A stretch of 64,000 nt of DNA, taken from assembly GCA_964525875.1 (NCBI GenBank), contig CAZGJS010000010.1, forward strand, positions 38,168 through 102,167. The letters run 5' to 3'. The stretch comes from an uncultured Eubacteriales bacterium (GTDB lineage Bacteria; Acidobacteriota; Aminicenantia; Aminicenantales; Saccharicenantaceae). The position numbers and the translations under genes were made by a program. This document shows, piece after piece, positions 21,548 to 31,137 of the stretch. How positions within the stretch are numbered: position 1 is the stretch's first letter; the number at the start of each line of letters is the position of its first letter. Under the pieces are notes generated by a model. It did no database searches. It was not told the origin of the DNA and was given only the letters and a program-made list of their open reading frames with translations.

Positions 21548-21733
21548 ATGGCACTCGAAGGACTTCTGATCGCCAAGGGCGAGAAAGACCTGTTCCTGCT
21601 GCCGAAGATGGCCAACCGCCACGGCCTGGTGGCCGGCGCGACGGGCACCGGGAAGACGGTTTCCCTCCAGGTCATGGCCGAGTGCTTCAGCCGCATCGGC
21701 GTCCTCGGCTCGATCCTCGGCGGCCGCCGCTAA
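21548..21733 (+). pseudogene. Internally deleted DUF853/YjgR (HerA-like) ATPase remnant
   Basis: [32 protein letters not shown] (Walker A) is fused directly to the family-like C-terminus LGSILGGRR. Only 61 aa. Confidence 0.8.
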
Positions 21734-21734
21734 G

Positions 21735-21847
21735 ATCAGAAGGGGTCAAACCTACTTTTTACGCCCTTCTTGGCCCGAAAAGCGTAAAAAGTAGGTTTGA
21801 CCCCATCCGGAAAAGCCCCGCAGAAATTCGGTTTGACCCCTTCTGAT
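21735..21847. repeat. GGGGTCAAACC palindrome (REP-like family C), three half-sites
   Basis: Perfect 23-bp IR 21742-21764/21782-21804. The left arm 21735-21752 is also perfectly complementary to 21830-21847. Confidence 0.85.
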
Positions 21848-21860
21848 TTTTTGTTATAAT
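21833..21860 (+). promoter_or_regulatory. Putative sigma70 promoter of the POT transporter
   Basis: TTGACC-N16-TATAAT with extended TG. The -35 box lies inside the repeat half-site. Confidence 0.6.
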
Positions 21861-21918
21861 CCCCCCGCGTTGAACGGACAACGTCATCCTCGAAAATCCC
21901 CCCCCAGGACGGTGAACC

Positions 21919-23601
21919 ATGTTTAAAGGACATCCCAAGGGCTTGTTCGTCGCCTTCTTCGCCAACATGGGCGAGCGCTTCGGCTTCTACACGATGATCA
22001 GCATCTTCGTCCTGTTCATGCAGGCGAAGTACGGCATGTCTGCGGCCGCCGCGGGCTCCATGTACGCGACCTTCCTGGTCGGCGTCTACATTTTCCCCCT
22101 GCTCGGCGGCTTCCTGGCCGACCGCTACCTCGGCTACGGCCGGACGATCAAGCTGGGCATCATCGTCATGTTCATCGGCTACGTCATGCTGGTTCTGCCG
22201 ACGGCGATGAACACCGGGTTCCCCCTCATCGTCGCCGCCCTGGCCGTCGTCGCGCTGGGCACGGGTCTATTCAAGGGCAACCTGCAGGCCCTCGTCGGCA
22301 ACCTCTACGACGACCCCAAGTACGCGGGCATGCGCGACCGGGCCTTCAACATCTTCTACATGGGCATCAACATCGGGGCCATGTTCGCCCCCTCGGCCTC
22401 CATGGCGGTGTGCAACTGGATCATGGGCAAGTCCAACTTCGTCTACGACGCCCGCATCCCGGCCCTGGCCAACGATTTCCTCAAAGGCAAGCTGGCCGAC
22501 GCATCCTCCTTCCTGACCATCGCCCAGGGTCAGGACGGTTCCGTCACCCTGGATACGCTGGGCCGCTTCGCCACGGACTACGTCAACACCCTGAGCAAGT
22601 CCTACCATTTCGGCTTCGGCGTCGCCTGTATCAGCTTGATCATATCCATGACTATTTTCTGGGCCTTCCGCAAGCACTACAAGACGGCCGCCATGTCCGC
22701 GCGCCAGAAGGCCAAGTCCGAGGCCCTCAAGTCCCAGGTCGTCGAGTTGACCCGGGAACAGACGCGCGAGCGGCTCGTCGCCCTCGGCCTCGTCTTCTTC
22801 GTCGTCATCTTCTTCTGGATGGCCTTCCACCAGAGCGCCGTGACCCTGACCTACTTCGCCAGGGACTACACCGTCCCGAGCGTGGGCAAGGCGACCAACC
22901 TCTGGTTCGACCTGACCGGCCTCCTGCCCGTCTTCCTGTCCGTCCTGGGGCTTGTCTTCCTCGTGAGGAAAGCCTCGGGAAGCCTGGCCCGCATCTTGGG
23001 GGGGGGCGCGTTCGTCGGATTCGGCATCCTGGCCTACCTCCGCTACAGCGGGTACGACGCGGTCAACCCGTTCCAGCCCCAGATGTTCCAGCACTTCAAC
23101 CCGTTCTTCATCGTCGTCCTGACGCCCATTGTCATCGGCATCTTCGGCTGGCTCAACCGGAAGGGCAAGGAGCCGACGGCGCCGCGCAAGATCGGCATCG
23201 GCATGCTCACGACGGCCGCGGCCTACGCCATCCTGATCGTGGCCTCGATCGGCTTGTTGAGCCCGAAGGCCCTCGGCGGCCTCGTCGCCCCGGCCGGGTC
23301 CCAGGTCTCCGTCTACTGGCTCATCTCGACCTATTTCATGCTGACGATCGCCGAGCTCCTCCTCAGCCCGATCGGGATCTCGTTCGTCTCGCGCGTTGCC
23401 CCGCCCAAGTACAAGGGCCTGATGCAGGGCGGCTGGTTCGCGGCGACGGCCGTCGGCAACTCCCTCGTCGGGGTCACCGCCTGGTTCTGGGAGCGGGTGC
23501 CGCTCTGGGCGGTGTGGGCTATCCTCGCCGGCGCCTGCATCCTGTCCGCCGGCTTCATCTTCTCGATCATGAAGCGGCTGGAGCGGGTCGCCCGGGCTTA
23601 G
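21919..23601 (+). CDS. POT/PTR family di-/tripeptide:H+ symporter
   Basis: GHPKGL, ERFGFY, GTGLFKGN, FYMGINIGA, AELLLSPIG. Confidence 0.93.
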   Translation: MFKGHPKGLFVAFFANMGERFGFYTMISIFVLFMQAKYGMSAAAAGSMYATFLVGVYIFPLLGGFLADRYLGYGRTIKLGIIVMFIGYVMLVLPTAMNTGFPLIVAALAVVALGTGLFKGNLQALVGNLYDDPKYAGMRDRAFNIFYMGINIGAMFAPSASMAVCNWIMGKSNFVYDARIPALANDFLKGKLADASSFLTIAQGQDGSVTLDTLGRFATDYVNTLSKSYHFGFGVACISLIISMTIFWAFRKHYKTAAMSARQKAKSEALKSQVVELTREQTRERLVALGLVFFVVIFFWMAFHQSAVTLTYFARDYTVPSVGKATNLWFDLTGLLPVFLSVLGLVFLVRKASGSLARILGGGAFVGFGILAYLRYSGYDAVNPFQPQMFQHFNPFFIVVLTPIVIGIFGWLNRKGKEPTAPRKIGIGMLTTAAAYAILIVASIGLLSPKALGGLVAPAGSQVSVYWLISTYFMLTIAELLLSPIGISFVSRVAPPKYKGLMQGGWFAATAVGNSLVGVTAWFWERVPLWAVWAILAGACILSAGFIFSIMKRLERVARA

Positions 23602-23608
23602 TCTTGCG

Positions 23609-24685
23609 TCAAAGGATCTCTTTTTTCTTTTCCAGGTAATAGAGGTAATTCTCGTAAGTGACGTCCGGCGGGACGCGGTGGTCGACGCACGGCAGGTAGC
23701 CGCCGCGTTCAACGAGGGGATGGAGCTTCTCGAGCTCGCGGTCGATGGCGTCCTTGCCGGCGATCAGGGCCATTTTGTCCACACCCCCGAGCAACAACAC
23801 GTTATCCCCGTATTCTTCCCGGAGTCGCCAGGGGTCCGTGTGGAGCGCTTCGATGGGGAACATGCCGTTGATGCCGCCCCTGAGCCAGCCCGGGACGAGC
23901 TCGTAGATCCGGCCGTCGCAGTCGAGGACGTTGACCCCGATGCCCCGCGTCTTGAGGGCGTCCGTGATCCGCTTGTAGCGCGGCACCATGAGCTCCTCGA
24001 AGAGCCGGGGCGACATGAGCGGGCCGTGATTGTAGCACATGTCCTCCCACCACCAGGCGACGTCGACGCCGTCCGCCGGGATGTCGTTCTCGATGAACTC
24101 GAGGTCCATCAAGGTGATGTGCTCCATCATCTCCTCGATCCAGGCGTGGTCGGTCATGAGGGCGATGGACAGGTTCTCGAGGCCCATCCAGTCGCGCAGC
24201 CAGCCGTAGAGCGAGCCGCAGTGAAAGAGAATGGGCATGCCGGCGGCGTGGGCCGCGGCAATCGCCGCTGGGACGTCGCCGACCCGGCCGGGCCGCCCGG
24301 AGTCGAGACGCTCCTCGCGGAGCTTTTCCCAGTCGGCCCGAGTTTCGACGGCGAACTTGAGGAACTTGGGCATGGACGAGTCGTAGTCGAGCATCTCGGT
24401 CAAGGCACCGTCCTTGGTCTGCACAACGCGCCGCTCGCCCCGCTGCTCGATGGTCTTTTCTTCAAAAGCCGGAAAAAGCCCCTTCTGGATGGGCACTTCC
24501 GGGATGATGGAGATCCCCTCGAGTCCGAGGTGCCTCTCGACGTCCTCGTTCGTCCTGCAGTCGCGGGGCAGGCCCTGTTCGTGCCAGACGGCGATCGTTT
24601 TGTCCCAGTAGCCGAACTCCATGTCGGGGACGCAGTCAGGCTTCTCCCAGCGGAAGACCTTGTTGAATCGCTCGCGGACGGTCAT
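23609..24685 (-). CDS. UroD/MtaA-fold (uroporphyrinogen decarboxylase family) protein
   Basis: MTVRERF start, RDWMGLE, WEDMCYNHGPLMSP, DCDG, GGVDK, DHRVPPDV. Confidence 0.85.
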   Translation of the reverse strand: MTVRERFNKVFRWEKPDCVPDMEFGYWDKTIAVWHEQGLPRDCRTNEDVERHLGLEGISIIPEVPIQKGLFPAFEEKTIEQRGERRVVQTKDGALTEMLDYDSSMPKFLKFAVETRADWEKLREERLDSGRPGRVGDVPAAIAAAHAAGMPILFHCGSLYGWLRDWMGLENLSIALMTDHAWIEEMMEHITLMDLEFIENDIPADGVDVAWWWEDMCYNHGPLMSPRLFEELMVPRYKRITDALKTRGIGVNVLDCDGRIYELVPGWLRGGINGMFPIEALHTDPWRLREEYGDNVLLLGGVDKMALIAGKDAIDRELEKLHPLVERGGYLPCVDHRVPPDVTYENYLYYLEKKKEIL

Positions 24686-24800
24686 GGCCCGACGATCATA
24701 TCGCGATGTTTCCCGGCCCGTCAACCCGGGGCCTAGCCATGCGTTGAAATGCGGCCGCGCCTGTATTAGAATGAGGGGCACAAGGACCGAGATGCCCGGA

Positions 24801-27800
24801 ATGAAACACCGATCGAACGGTAGAGCCTTCTTCGTTCTTTCCGCCATCGCCCTCGCGGCGTTCCAGGGGTGCGCCCGGAAGGGCCCGGGCCCCGACATCG
24901 TCATCGCCAAGGATGCTTCCTGGCACGAGCGCGCAGCGGCCGCCGAGATCCGTCGCTATTTTTACCTGAGGACCGGTGATCTCCCGGCCCTCCGGGAAGC
25001 GGAGTCGTTCTCCCGCATCCCGCCGGGCGCCGTGGCCGTACTGGAAAAAGGCGGGACATTCGCCCGGGGCCTGGCGGACGCCGGCGCCGCATCGAAGATC
25101 GCCGCCCTCGGGCCCGAGGATTACTGGCTGAAAACGGTCCCGCGCCGGTCCGGGCAGATCGTCCTCGTCGCCGGGGGCAGCGGCCCGGCCGTTCTCTACG
25201 GCGCCTACCAGTTGGCCGAGAAGCTGGGCGTCCGTTTCTTCCTCGAGGGCGACGTCGTCCCTGACGGGACCGTCGAAAACCTCAGCCTCGACCTCGACGA
25301 GACCGGGCATCCGCTCTTCGCCGTCCGCGGCATTCAGCCCTTCCACGATTTCGCCGAGGGTCCGGACTGGTGGACGCTCGAGAACTACAAGGCCATCCTG
25401 GGCCAGCTCCCGAAACTGCGGATGAACTTCTTCGGCCTCCATACCTACCCCGAGAATCCCAGCAAGGAAAAAGGCGCCACCCCGAACGCCGAACCCACGG
25501 TCTGGATCGGCCGGGAGGGCGATTTCGGCGCGGACGGAAAAGTCCTCGCGAGCTACCCCACGAGCTACCAGAACACGGCCCGCGGCAATTGGGGCTACGA
25601 GGCCAAGAAAACGGGCGATTTCCACTTCGGCGCGGGTCTTCTCTTCGAGCGCGACGACTTCGGCAACGACGTGATGGCCGGCTTCAGCCCCGACCCGGCG
25701 ACGGCCGAGGATTCGAACCAGGTCTTCGACCGGGCCGCCGCCGTCTTCCGGGACGCCTTCACCCTGGCCCGGCGCCTCGGCGTCAAGACCTGCGTCGGGA
25801 CGGAGACGGCGCTGACGATCCCCGACCTGGTCAAAAAGCGACTGGCCGACTCCGGCCGGGACCCCAAGGACCCGGCCGTCGTCAAGGACCTCTATAAAGG
25901 GATGTTCAAGAGGATCGCCGCCGCCTATCCCGTCGATTACTACTGGTTCTGGACGAACGAAGGGTGGACCTGGTCCGACGCCTCTCCCGAGGCCATCGCC
26001 TCCGTGACCACGGACCTGGCCATGGGCATCGAGGCCTGGCAGGAGGTCGCGCCGCCGTTCAGCCTGGCAACATGCGGCTGGGTCCTCGGCCCGCCGTCGA
26101 ACCGGACGCTCTTCGACCAGGCCCTGCCGAAGGACGTGGCCATGAGCTGCATCAACCGCGAGGTCGGCAAGGCGCCCGTTGACCCCGGCTTTTCGAGGAT
26201 CTCGGGGCGGTCCTTATGGGCCATCCCCTGGATGGAAGACGACCCCGCGCTCACCTCGCCCCAGCTCTGGGCCGGCCGGATGCGCCGCGACGCGGCCGAC
26301 GCCCTGCGCTACGGCTGCGACGGCCTCCTCGGCATCCACTGGCGGACGCGTATCCTCTCGGCGAACGTCCTGGCCCTGGCCCGGGCCGCCTGGGACCAGA
26401 GCTGGAATACTCTGCCCGGACGCGTCGCCGACGACATCGGGCCGACGACCGGCCAGTACGTGGCTTTCAAGGACCAGGAGATCGCCGGCGCCGGCCGGGG
26501 CCGTGCGGCCGTTTACCGGGACGTCCGCGACCGCGTCTTCGGCTATCATCTGCCCGTCCCGAACGGCGTCTATTCCGTGACGCTCCAGTTCGTCGAAGGC
26601 GAGATCAAGGAGAAGGGCCGCCGTGTTTTCGACGTCCTGATCCAGGGCCGAAAGGTCGCGGAGAAAGTGGACATCTTCGCCGCCGCCGGCCTGTTCAAGG
26701 CCTACGATCTGAAGTTCGAGAATATCGAGGTCGCCGACGGCCGGCTGGCCGTCGATTTCGCCGACCGCATCCATTACCCCTCGGTCGCCGCCATCGTCAT
26801 CGCCGGGAAGGGCTTCGTCAAGAAGATCAATTGCGGCGGCCCGGCCGTCCTCGATTATGAAGCGGATGGACCGGAGACGGAGCGGAACCTGCCCGCGCTC
26901 GATTTTTACCAGGACTGGTGCCGCGCCCAATTCGGCGCCGAGGCCGCGGAGGAGATGGCCGCGATTTTCGCCCGAATCGACGGCCGGCATCCCGTCCCCG
27001 TCACCTGGATCGGCGGACCCGGAAACATCCAGCCCGACCCCCGGCCGTGGGACGAGGTCGCGCCGTCCTACGCTTTCGTCGACGAACTGGCCGTGCTCGG
27101 CCCGCGCGTCGCGGGGAAAGGGAATCAAGAGCGTTACGATTACTGGCTGGCGAACTTCCGCTACATGCGCGAGGTCGCCCGCTTCAACTGCTTCTGGGCT
27201 GTCTACAACAAGGCCGTGGAGAAGGCCAAGGCGGCGGCGGCCGAGCCGGCGAAAAAGGCCATCCTCGAGGCCGAGGCCCTGCCGGTCCGGGCCGGAATGG
27301 CCGCGGCCATTCGTGAAATTTTCGCCGCCCTTCTCGCCACCGTGAGCAATACAGGCGAGCTCGGGACGATCGCCAACTGGGAACAGCACCTCCTCCCCGG
27401 CGCCTGGGAGCGGCCGGAGGTCGAGCTCATGAAAATGCTGGGCGGGGAATTGCCGCCGGAAGTCCTTCTAGCCCGGGAGTATGCCGGGCCCCTGCGAGTC
27501 ATCGTCCCGGCGGTGCGTACGTCTCTCGATGCCGGCGAAGAGCTTTCGCTCAAGGTCCTCGTCCTGGCCAAGGGCCGGCCCGAGTCCGTCGCCTTCTATT
27601 GGCGGGAGATGGGCCGGGGCGCGTTCCAAGCCGTCCCCTTGGAGAACGTCGCCCGCGGCGTCTATCGCCTGACGCTTCCCGCTCCCGCCGCCGATATCGA
27701 ATACTATCTCGAAGCGAAGGCCGACGGCCAGGTCGTCCGCTTCCCGGCCACGGCTCCGACCCTGAACCAGACCGTCATCGTTTTTCCGGTGGCGCAATGA
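24801..27800 (+). CDS. Lipoprotein with glycoside-hydrolase-like core and malectin domain
   Basis: Lipobox-like FQGC. LYGAYQLAEKLGVRF and RGIQPFHDF resemble GH N-domain/barrel junctions. VPNGVYSVTLQFVE...RVFDVLIQG is malectin-like. Confidence 0.8.
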   Translation: MKHRSNGRAFFVLSAIALAAFQGCARKGPGPDIVIAKDASWHERAAAAEIRRYFYLRTGDLPALREAESFSRIPPGAVAVLEKGGTFARGLADAGAASKIAALGPEDYWLKTVPRRSGQIVLVAGGSGPAVLYGAYQLAEKLGVRFFLEGDVVPDGTVENLSLDLDETGHPLFAVRGIQPFHDFAEGPDWWTLENYKAILGQLPKLRMNFFGLHTYPENPSKEKGATPNAEPTVWIGREGDFGADGKVLASYPTSYQNTARGNWGYEAKKTGDFHFGAGLLFERDDFGNDVMAGFSPDPATAEDSNQVFDRAAAVFRDAFTLARRLGVKTCVGTETALTIPDLVKKRLADSGRDPKDPAVVKDLYKGMFKRIAAAYPVDYYWFWTNEGWTWSDASPEAIASVTTDLAMGIEAWQEVAPPFSLATCGWVLGPPSNRTLFDQALPKDVAMSCINREVGKAPVDPGFSRISGRSLWAIPWMEDDPALTSPQLWAGRMRRDAADALRYGCDGLLGIHWRTRILSANVLALARAAWDQSWNTLPGRVADDIGPTTGQYVAFKDQEIAGAGRGRAAVYRDVRDRVFGYHLPVPNGVYSVTLQFVEGEIKEKGRRVFDVLIQGRKVAEKVDIFAAAGLFKAYDLKFENIEVADGRLAVDFADRIHYPSVAAIVIAGKGFVKKINCGGPAVLDYEADGPETERNLPALDFYQDWCRAQFGAEAAEEMAAIFARIDGRHPVPVTWIGGPGNIQPDPRPWDEVAPSYAFVDELAVLGPRVAGKGNQERYDYWLANFRYMREVARFNCFWAVYNKAVEKAKAAAAEPAKKAILEAEALPVRAGMAAAIREIFAALLATVSNTGELGTIANWEQHLLPGAWERPEVELMKMLGGELPPEVLLAREYAGPLRVIVPAVRTSLDAGEELSLKVLVLAKGRPESVAFYWREMGRGAFQAVPLENVARGVYRLTLPAPAADIEYYLEAKADGQVVRFPATAPTLNQTVIVFPVAQ

Positions 27801-28861
27801 GCGATACCGTCCTCCTTCCGAAGCGCCTCCGGGCCGCCGAGGTCGTCGCCGCTCTCAAGGACATCGGGCGCCTGGTCGAATCAGGTCCCGTGACCATCGA
27901 CTTCCGGGATGTCGAGGAGTTCGACAGCTCCACCCTGGCCTTGCTGAACTACGTCCGGGTCCGTCTGACGAACGTGACCACGGTCAATATCGGCGGGGCC
28001 CTGGCCCGGGCCGCGGAGAGCTTCGTCAGTCGTGCCCCGGCCGCGGAGCCCGAGCTTCCGCCCTCCGGGAACGCGGCCGTCCGGGCGCTCACCGCCATCG
28101 CCGACCGCTTCATCTTCCAGATGAGGAGCCTGGGTCGGTTTTTGGCCATGCTCGGCGACGAGGTCTACCACGTCGGCGTCTATCTCAAGGAGCGCAAGGG
28201 CGTCTATCCGGGCGAGACCTGGAACCAGATGTTCTTCATGGGCTACCGCTCTTTTCCCATCGTCTGCCTGCTCATCTTCCTCGTCGGGGTCACGATCTCG
28301 ATCACCTCGGCCGAGCAGCTGCGGCTCTTCGGCGCCGACATCTACCTGGCCGACCTCGTCGGCATCGCCATGTTGAAGGAGCTTGTGCCCCTGATGACCG
28401 GCGTCATCCTGGCCGGCAAGGTCGGCGCGGCCATCACGGCCGAGCTGGCCAGCATGACCGTCCTCGAGGAGGTCGACGCCCTGCGGACCATGGGCGTCGT
28501 CCCGGAGAAGTTCCTCATGGTCCCCCGTCTCCTGGCCATCACCCTGGTCGTCCCGCTCCTCGTGGCCATGGCCGACGTCGTCGGCATCCTCGGCGGCATC
28601 GTCGTCGCCCGGGTCACGTTTGGGACTCCCCCTTCGGCCTTCATCGCCGAGATGGTCACCGCCGTCGACTGGACCGACTTCGGCTGGGGGCTCATCAAGA
28701 CGGTCGTCTTCGGCTGGGCGGTTGTCGTCGGGGCGGGCTTCAAGGGATTGACGGTCGGCCGGAGCGCCGAGGAGGTCGGCCGGGCCACGACGGAATCCGT
28801 GGTCCTGTCGATCACCCTGATCATCATCATCGACTGCCTCTTTTCGTTCATCTTGTATTGA
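27797..28861 (+). CDS. mlaE: MlaE-family ABC permease with N-terminal STAS-like domain
   Basis: ELVPLMTGVILAGKVGAAITAEL, EEVDAL, VGRATTESVV. Start overlaps the upstream stop (ATGA). Confidence 0.9.
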   Translation: MSDTVLLPKRLRAAEVVAALKDIGRLVESGPVTIDFRDVEEFDSSTLALLNYVRVRLTNVTTVNIGGALARAAESFVSRAPAAEPELPPSGNAAVRALTAIADRFIFQMRSLGRFLAMLGDEVYHVGVYLKERKGVYPGETWNQMFFMGYRSFPIVCLLIFLVGVTISITSAEQLRLFGADIYLADLVGIAMLKELVPLMTGVILAGKVGAAITAELASMTVLEEVDALRTMGVVPEKFLMVPRLLAITLVVPLLVAMADVVGILGGIVVARVTFGTPPSAFIAEMVTAVDWTDFGWGLIKTVVFGWAVVVGAGFKGLTVGRSAEEVGRATTESVVLSITLIIIIDCLFSFILY

Positions 28862-28863
28862 CC

Positions 28864-29613
28864 ATGGATATCATCAGCGCGCACGATCTGGCTGTCGGGT
28901 ACGGCAGGACCGAGATCCTCCGCGGCCTGGACTTCGCCGTGCCCGAGGGGCGGATCACGGCGGTCGTGGGCGTCAGCGGCTCGGGGAAATCCACCCTGCT
29001 CAAGACGCTCGCCGGCCTCCTGCCTCCGCTTTCCGGCGGCTTCGATTTTGCCGGGCGCCCCGTGAACTACCGCTCCGAGGCCTCCCTGCGCCTGCTCTAC
29101 GAGAAGATCGGCGTCCTCTACCAGGGCGGAGCGCTCCTCAATGGCCTGAGCCTCTTCGAGAACGTCGCCCTGCCCATCCGCATGCAGCACCCCAAGATGC
29201 CCGAAGACATGATCCGGGACATGGTCTTCGCCAGCCTGGCCCAGGTCGAGCTCGCCGGAAGCGCCGACAAATATCCGGCGCAGCTCTCCGGCGGCATGAC
29301 GAAACGCGGGGCCCTGGCCCGGGCCCTCGTCCTCGACCCGGATGTCGTCTTCTGCGACGAGCCCTCGTCGGGTCTCGACCCGATCACATCGGCTCTCCTC
29401 GACGACCTCCTGATCCGGCTGAAGGAGACGTTCGGGATGACCCTCGTCGTCGTCACCCACGAGCTCCGCTCGATCGAGCGTGTGGCCGACAGGGTCCTCC
29501 TCATCAACGACGGGGGCCTCCGCTTCTCGGGGGACTATGCCGACCTGGCCGCGGCGGACGACGCCTTCATCCGGACATTCTTTCTCAGGAAGGACAGCCA
29601 TGATGACGCATGA
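28864..29613 (+). CDS. mlaF: MlaF-family ABC ATPase
   Basis: GVSGSGKST, LSGGMTKR, DEPSSGLDP, VVVTHE. Confidence 0.92.
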   Translation: MDIISAHDLAVGYGRTEILRGLDFAVPEGRITAVVGVSGSGKSTLLKTLAGLLPPLSGGFDFAGRPVNYRSEASLRLLYEKIGVLYQGGALLNGLSLFENVALPIRMQHPKMPEDMIRDMVFASLAQVELAGSADKYPAQLSGGMTKRGALARALVLDPDVVFCDEPSSGLDPITSALLDDLLIRLKETFGMTLVVVTHELRSIERVADRVLLINDGGLRFSGDYADLAAADDAFIRTFFLRKDSHDDA

Positions 29614-30547
29614 ACAAAAGATCCGCCTTGGCGTTTTCCTATCCTTGGCTACGGTCATCTTCATCGCCGTCGCCGGTTTCTTCATCGTCCCCAAGCTCCG
29701 CGACCCCGGGGACATCTATACCGTCAATTTCCGGGACACGTCCGTCCAGGGCCTCCTGGTCAGCTCGGCCGTCAAGTATCGGGGCGTCGATATCGGGCGG
29801 GTCATCCGGATCAAGGTCAACTCCCGGGATCTCGACTCCGTCCTCGTCGACGTCAAGATCCGGCAGGGGCTGATCATGAAGAAGGACATGAGCGCCGTCC
29901 TGGCCTACGTCGGCCTGACCGGGCAGAAATACATCGAAATGAGCGGCGGGACCCTGGCCTCGGAAAACCTGCCGCCTGGAGGGGAGATCCCGATGGGCCG
30001 GGGCCTCGGGGAAAAGGCCGAGGACATTGTCACCAATATCGAAACGACGGCGAAGCGGATCACCGAGCTTCTCGCTCCGGAAAACGTCGAGAGGTTCTCC
30101 GCTTTCCTCGAGAACGCCGAGAAAAGCTCGGCCACCCTCTCGGGGGTCCTCGAATCGCGCCGGACGTCCCTCGAGAACACGCTGGCAAACTTCGAAAAGG
30201 CGTCCCTCGAATTCGCCCGGGCGACGGAGAAGTTCGTGCCCATGACCGAGGACATGAGCCGCCTTATGCGGACGCTCGAGACGAATTCCCAGGAGACCCT
30301 CGGAAACATCTCCCGCCGCTTCTCGAGCGAGGAGATGGGCCAGGCCATCAAGGACGTCCGGGCTTTCCTCGATACGGCCTCGGTCAGCCTGAGAAAGGTC
30401 GAGAGCGTCCTGCTCGAGCAGCAGTCGGAGCTGACGCGGACGTTCTCGAGCCTCGGCGTCGCCGTCGAAAACCTGGTCCGCTTTTCCCGCGAGATCGCCG
30501 ACGAACCGTCGGCCCTCCTCCGGACACGAAAGGAAAAGAAAAAATGA
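29600..30547 (+). CDS. mlaD: MCE/MlaD-family protein with long helical C-terminus
   Basis: N-terminal TM, SVQGLLVSSAVKYRGVDIGRV, GLTGQKYIEM. Confidence 0.9.
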   Translation: MMTHEQKIRLGVFLSLATVIFIAVAGFFIVPKLRDPGDIYTVNFRDTSVQGLLVSSAVKYRGVDIGRVIRIKVNSRDLDSVLVDVKIRQGLIMKKDMSAVLAYVGLTGQKYIEMSGGTLASENLPPGGEIPMGRGLGEKAEDIVTNIETTAKRITELLAPENVERFSAFLENAEKSSATLSGVLESRRTSLENTLANFEKASLEFARATEKFVPMTEDMSRLMRTLETNSQETLGNISRRFSSEEMGQAIKDVRAFLDTASVSLRKVESVLLEQQSELTRTFSSLGVAVENLVRFSREIADEPSALLRTRKEKKK

Positions 30548-31134
30548 GGAAAGTCGCGCGCTGTGGTCTTCTCGTCCTCCTTCTTACCGCCTGTTTTTCC
30601 GTCCCGACCAAGCGGTACTTCCAGATCATCGCCACGGGCAAGGATGCCCAGCTCCATCCCAAGGTCGAAAAGGTCCTCTACATCGAGCCGGTCCGCGTCG
30701 ACCCCCTCTACGACGACTTCCGGGTCATCTACCGCGTCTCTATGTTCGAGCTCAAATATTACTCCTACGTGTTCTGGGCGAAGAAGCCGGACGCCCTCTT
30801 CCGCGCGGCGATGGGCGATTACCTCAACGAGAAGGAGGGCTTCACCCGGGTGACGCTCGACGTCCTCAAAGGTGACCCGGAGATCGTCCTGCGCTCGAGC
30901 GTCCGCCTCGTCGAGGAGATCGACAACCCCAAGGTCTGGTTTGCCAGGCTGGCCATGGACCTCGAGTTCTTGGAGTTCAAGTCCGGGAAGAGCCTCCTCC
31001 GGCACTCGTTCGACAGAAGGCTGCCTTTCCAGGTCCGCAAGGTCCGGCAGTTTCCGGCCATCCTCTCGAGGATCCTGACGGAGGAACTGGACATCGCCGT
31101 CCGGAAGCTGGCCGAGGTCACGGAAACGAAATAG
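30544..31134 (+). CDS. ABC-type transport auxiliary lipoprotein (PqiC-like)
   Basis: Lipobox LTAC, W..KP motif, last gene of the MCE operon. Confidence 0.8.
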   Translation: MRKVARCGLLVLLLTACFSVPTKRYFQIIATGKDAQLHPKVEKVLYIEPVRVDPLYDDFRVIYRVSMFELKYYSYVFWAKKPDALFRAAMGDYLNEKEGFTRVTLDVLKGDPEIVLRSSVRLVEEIDNPKVWFARLAMDLEFLEFKSGKSLLRHSFDRRLPFQVRKVRQFPAILSRILTEELDIAVRKLAEVTETK

Positions 31135-31137
31135 GCT

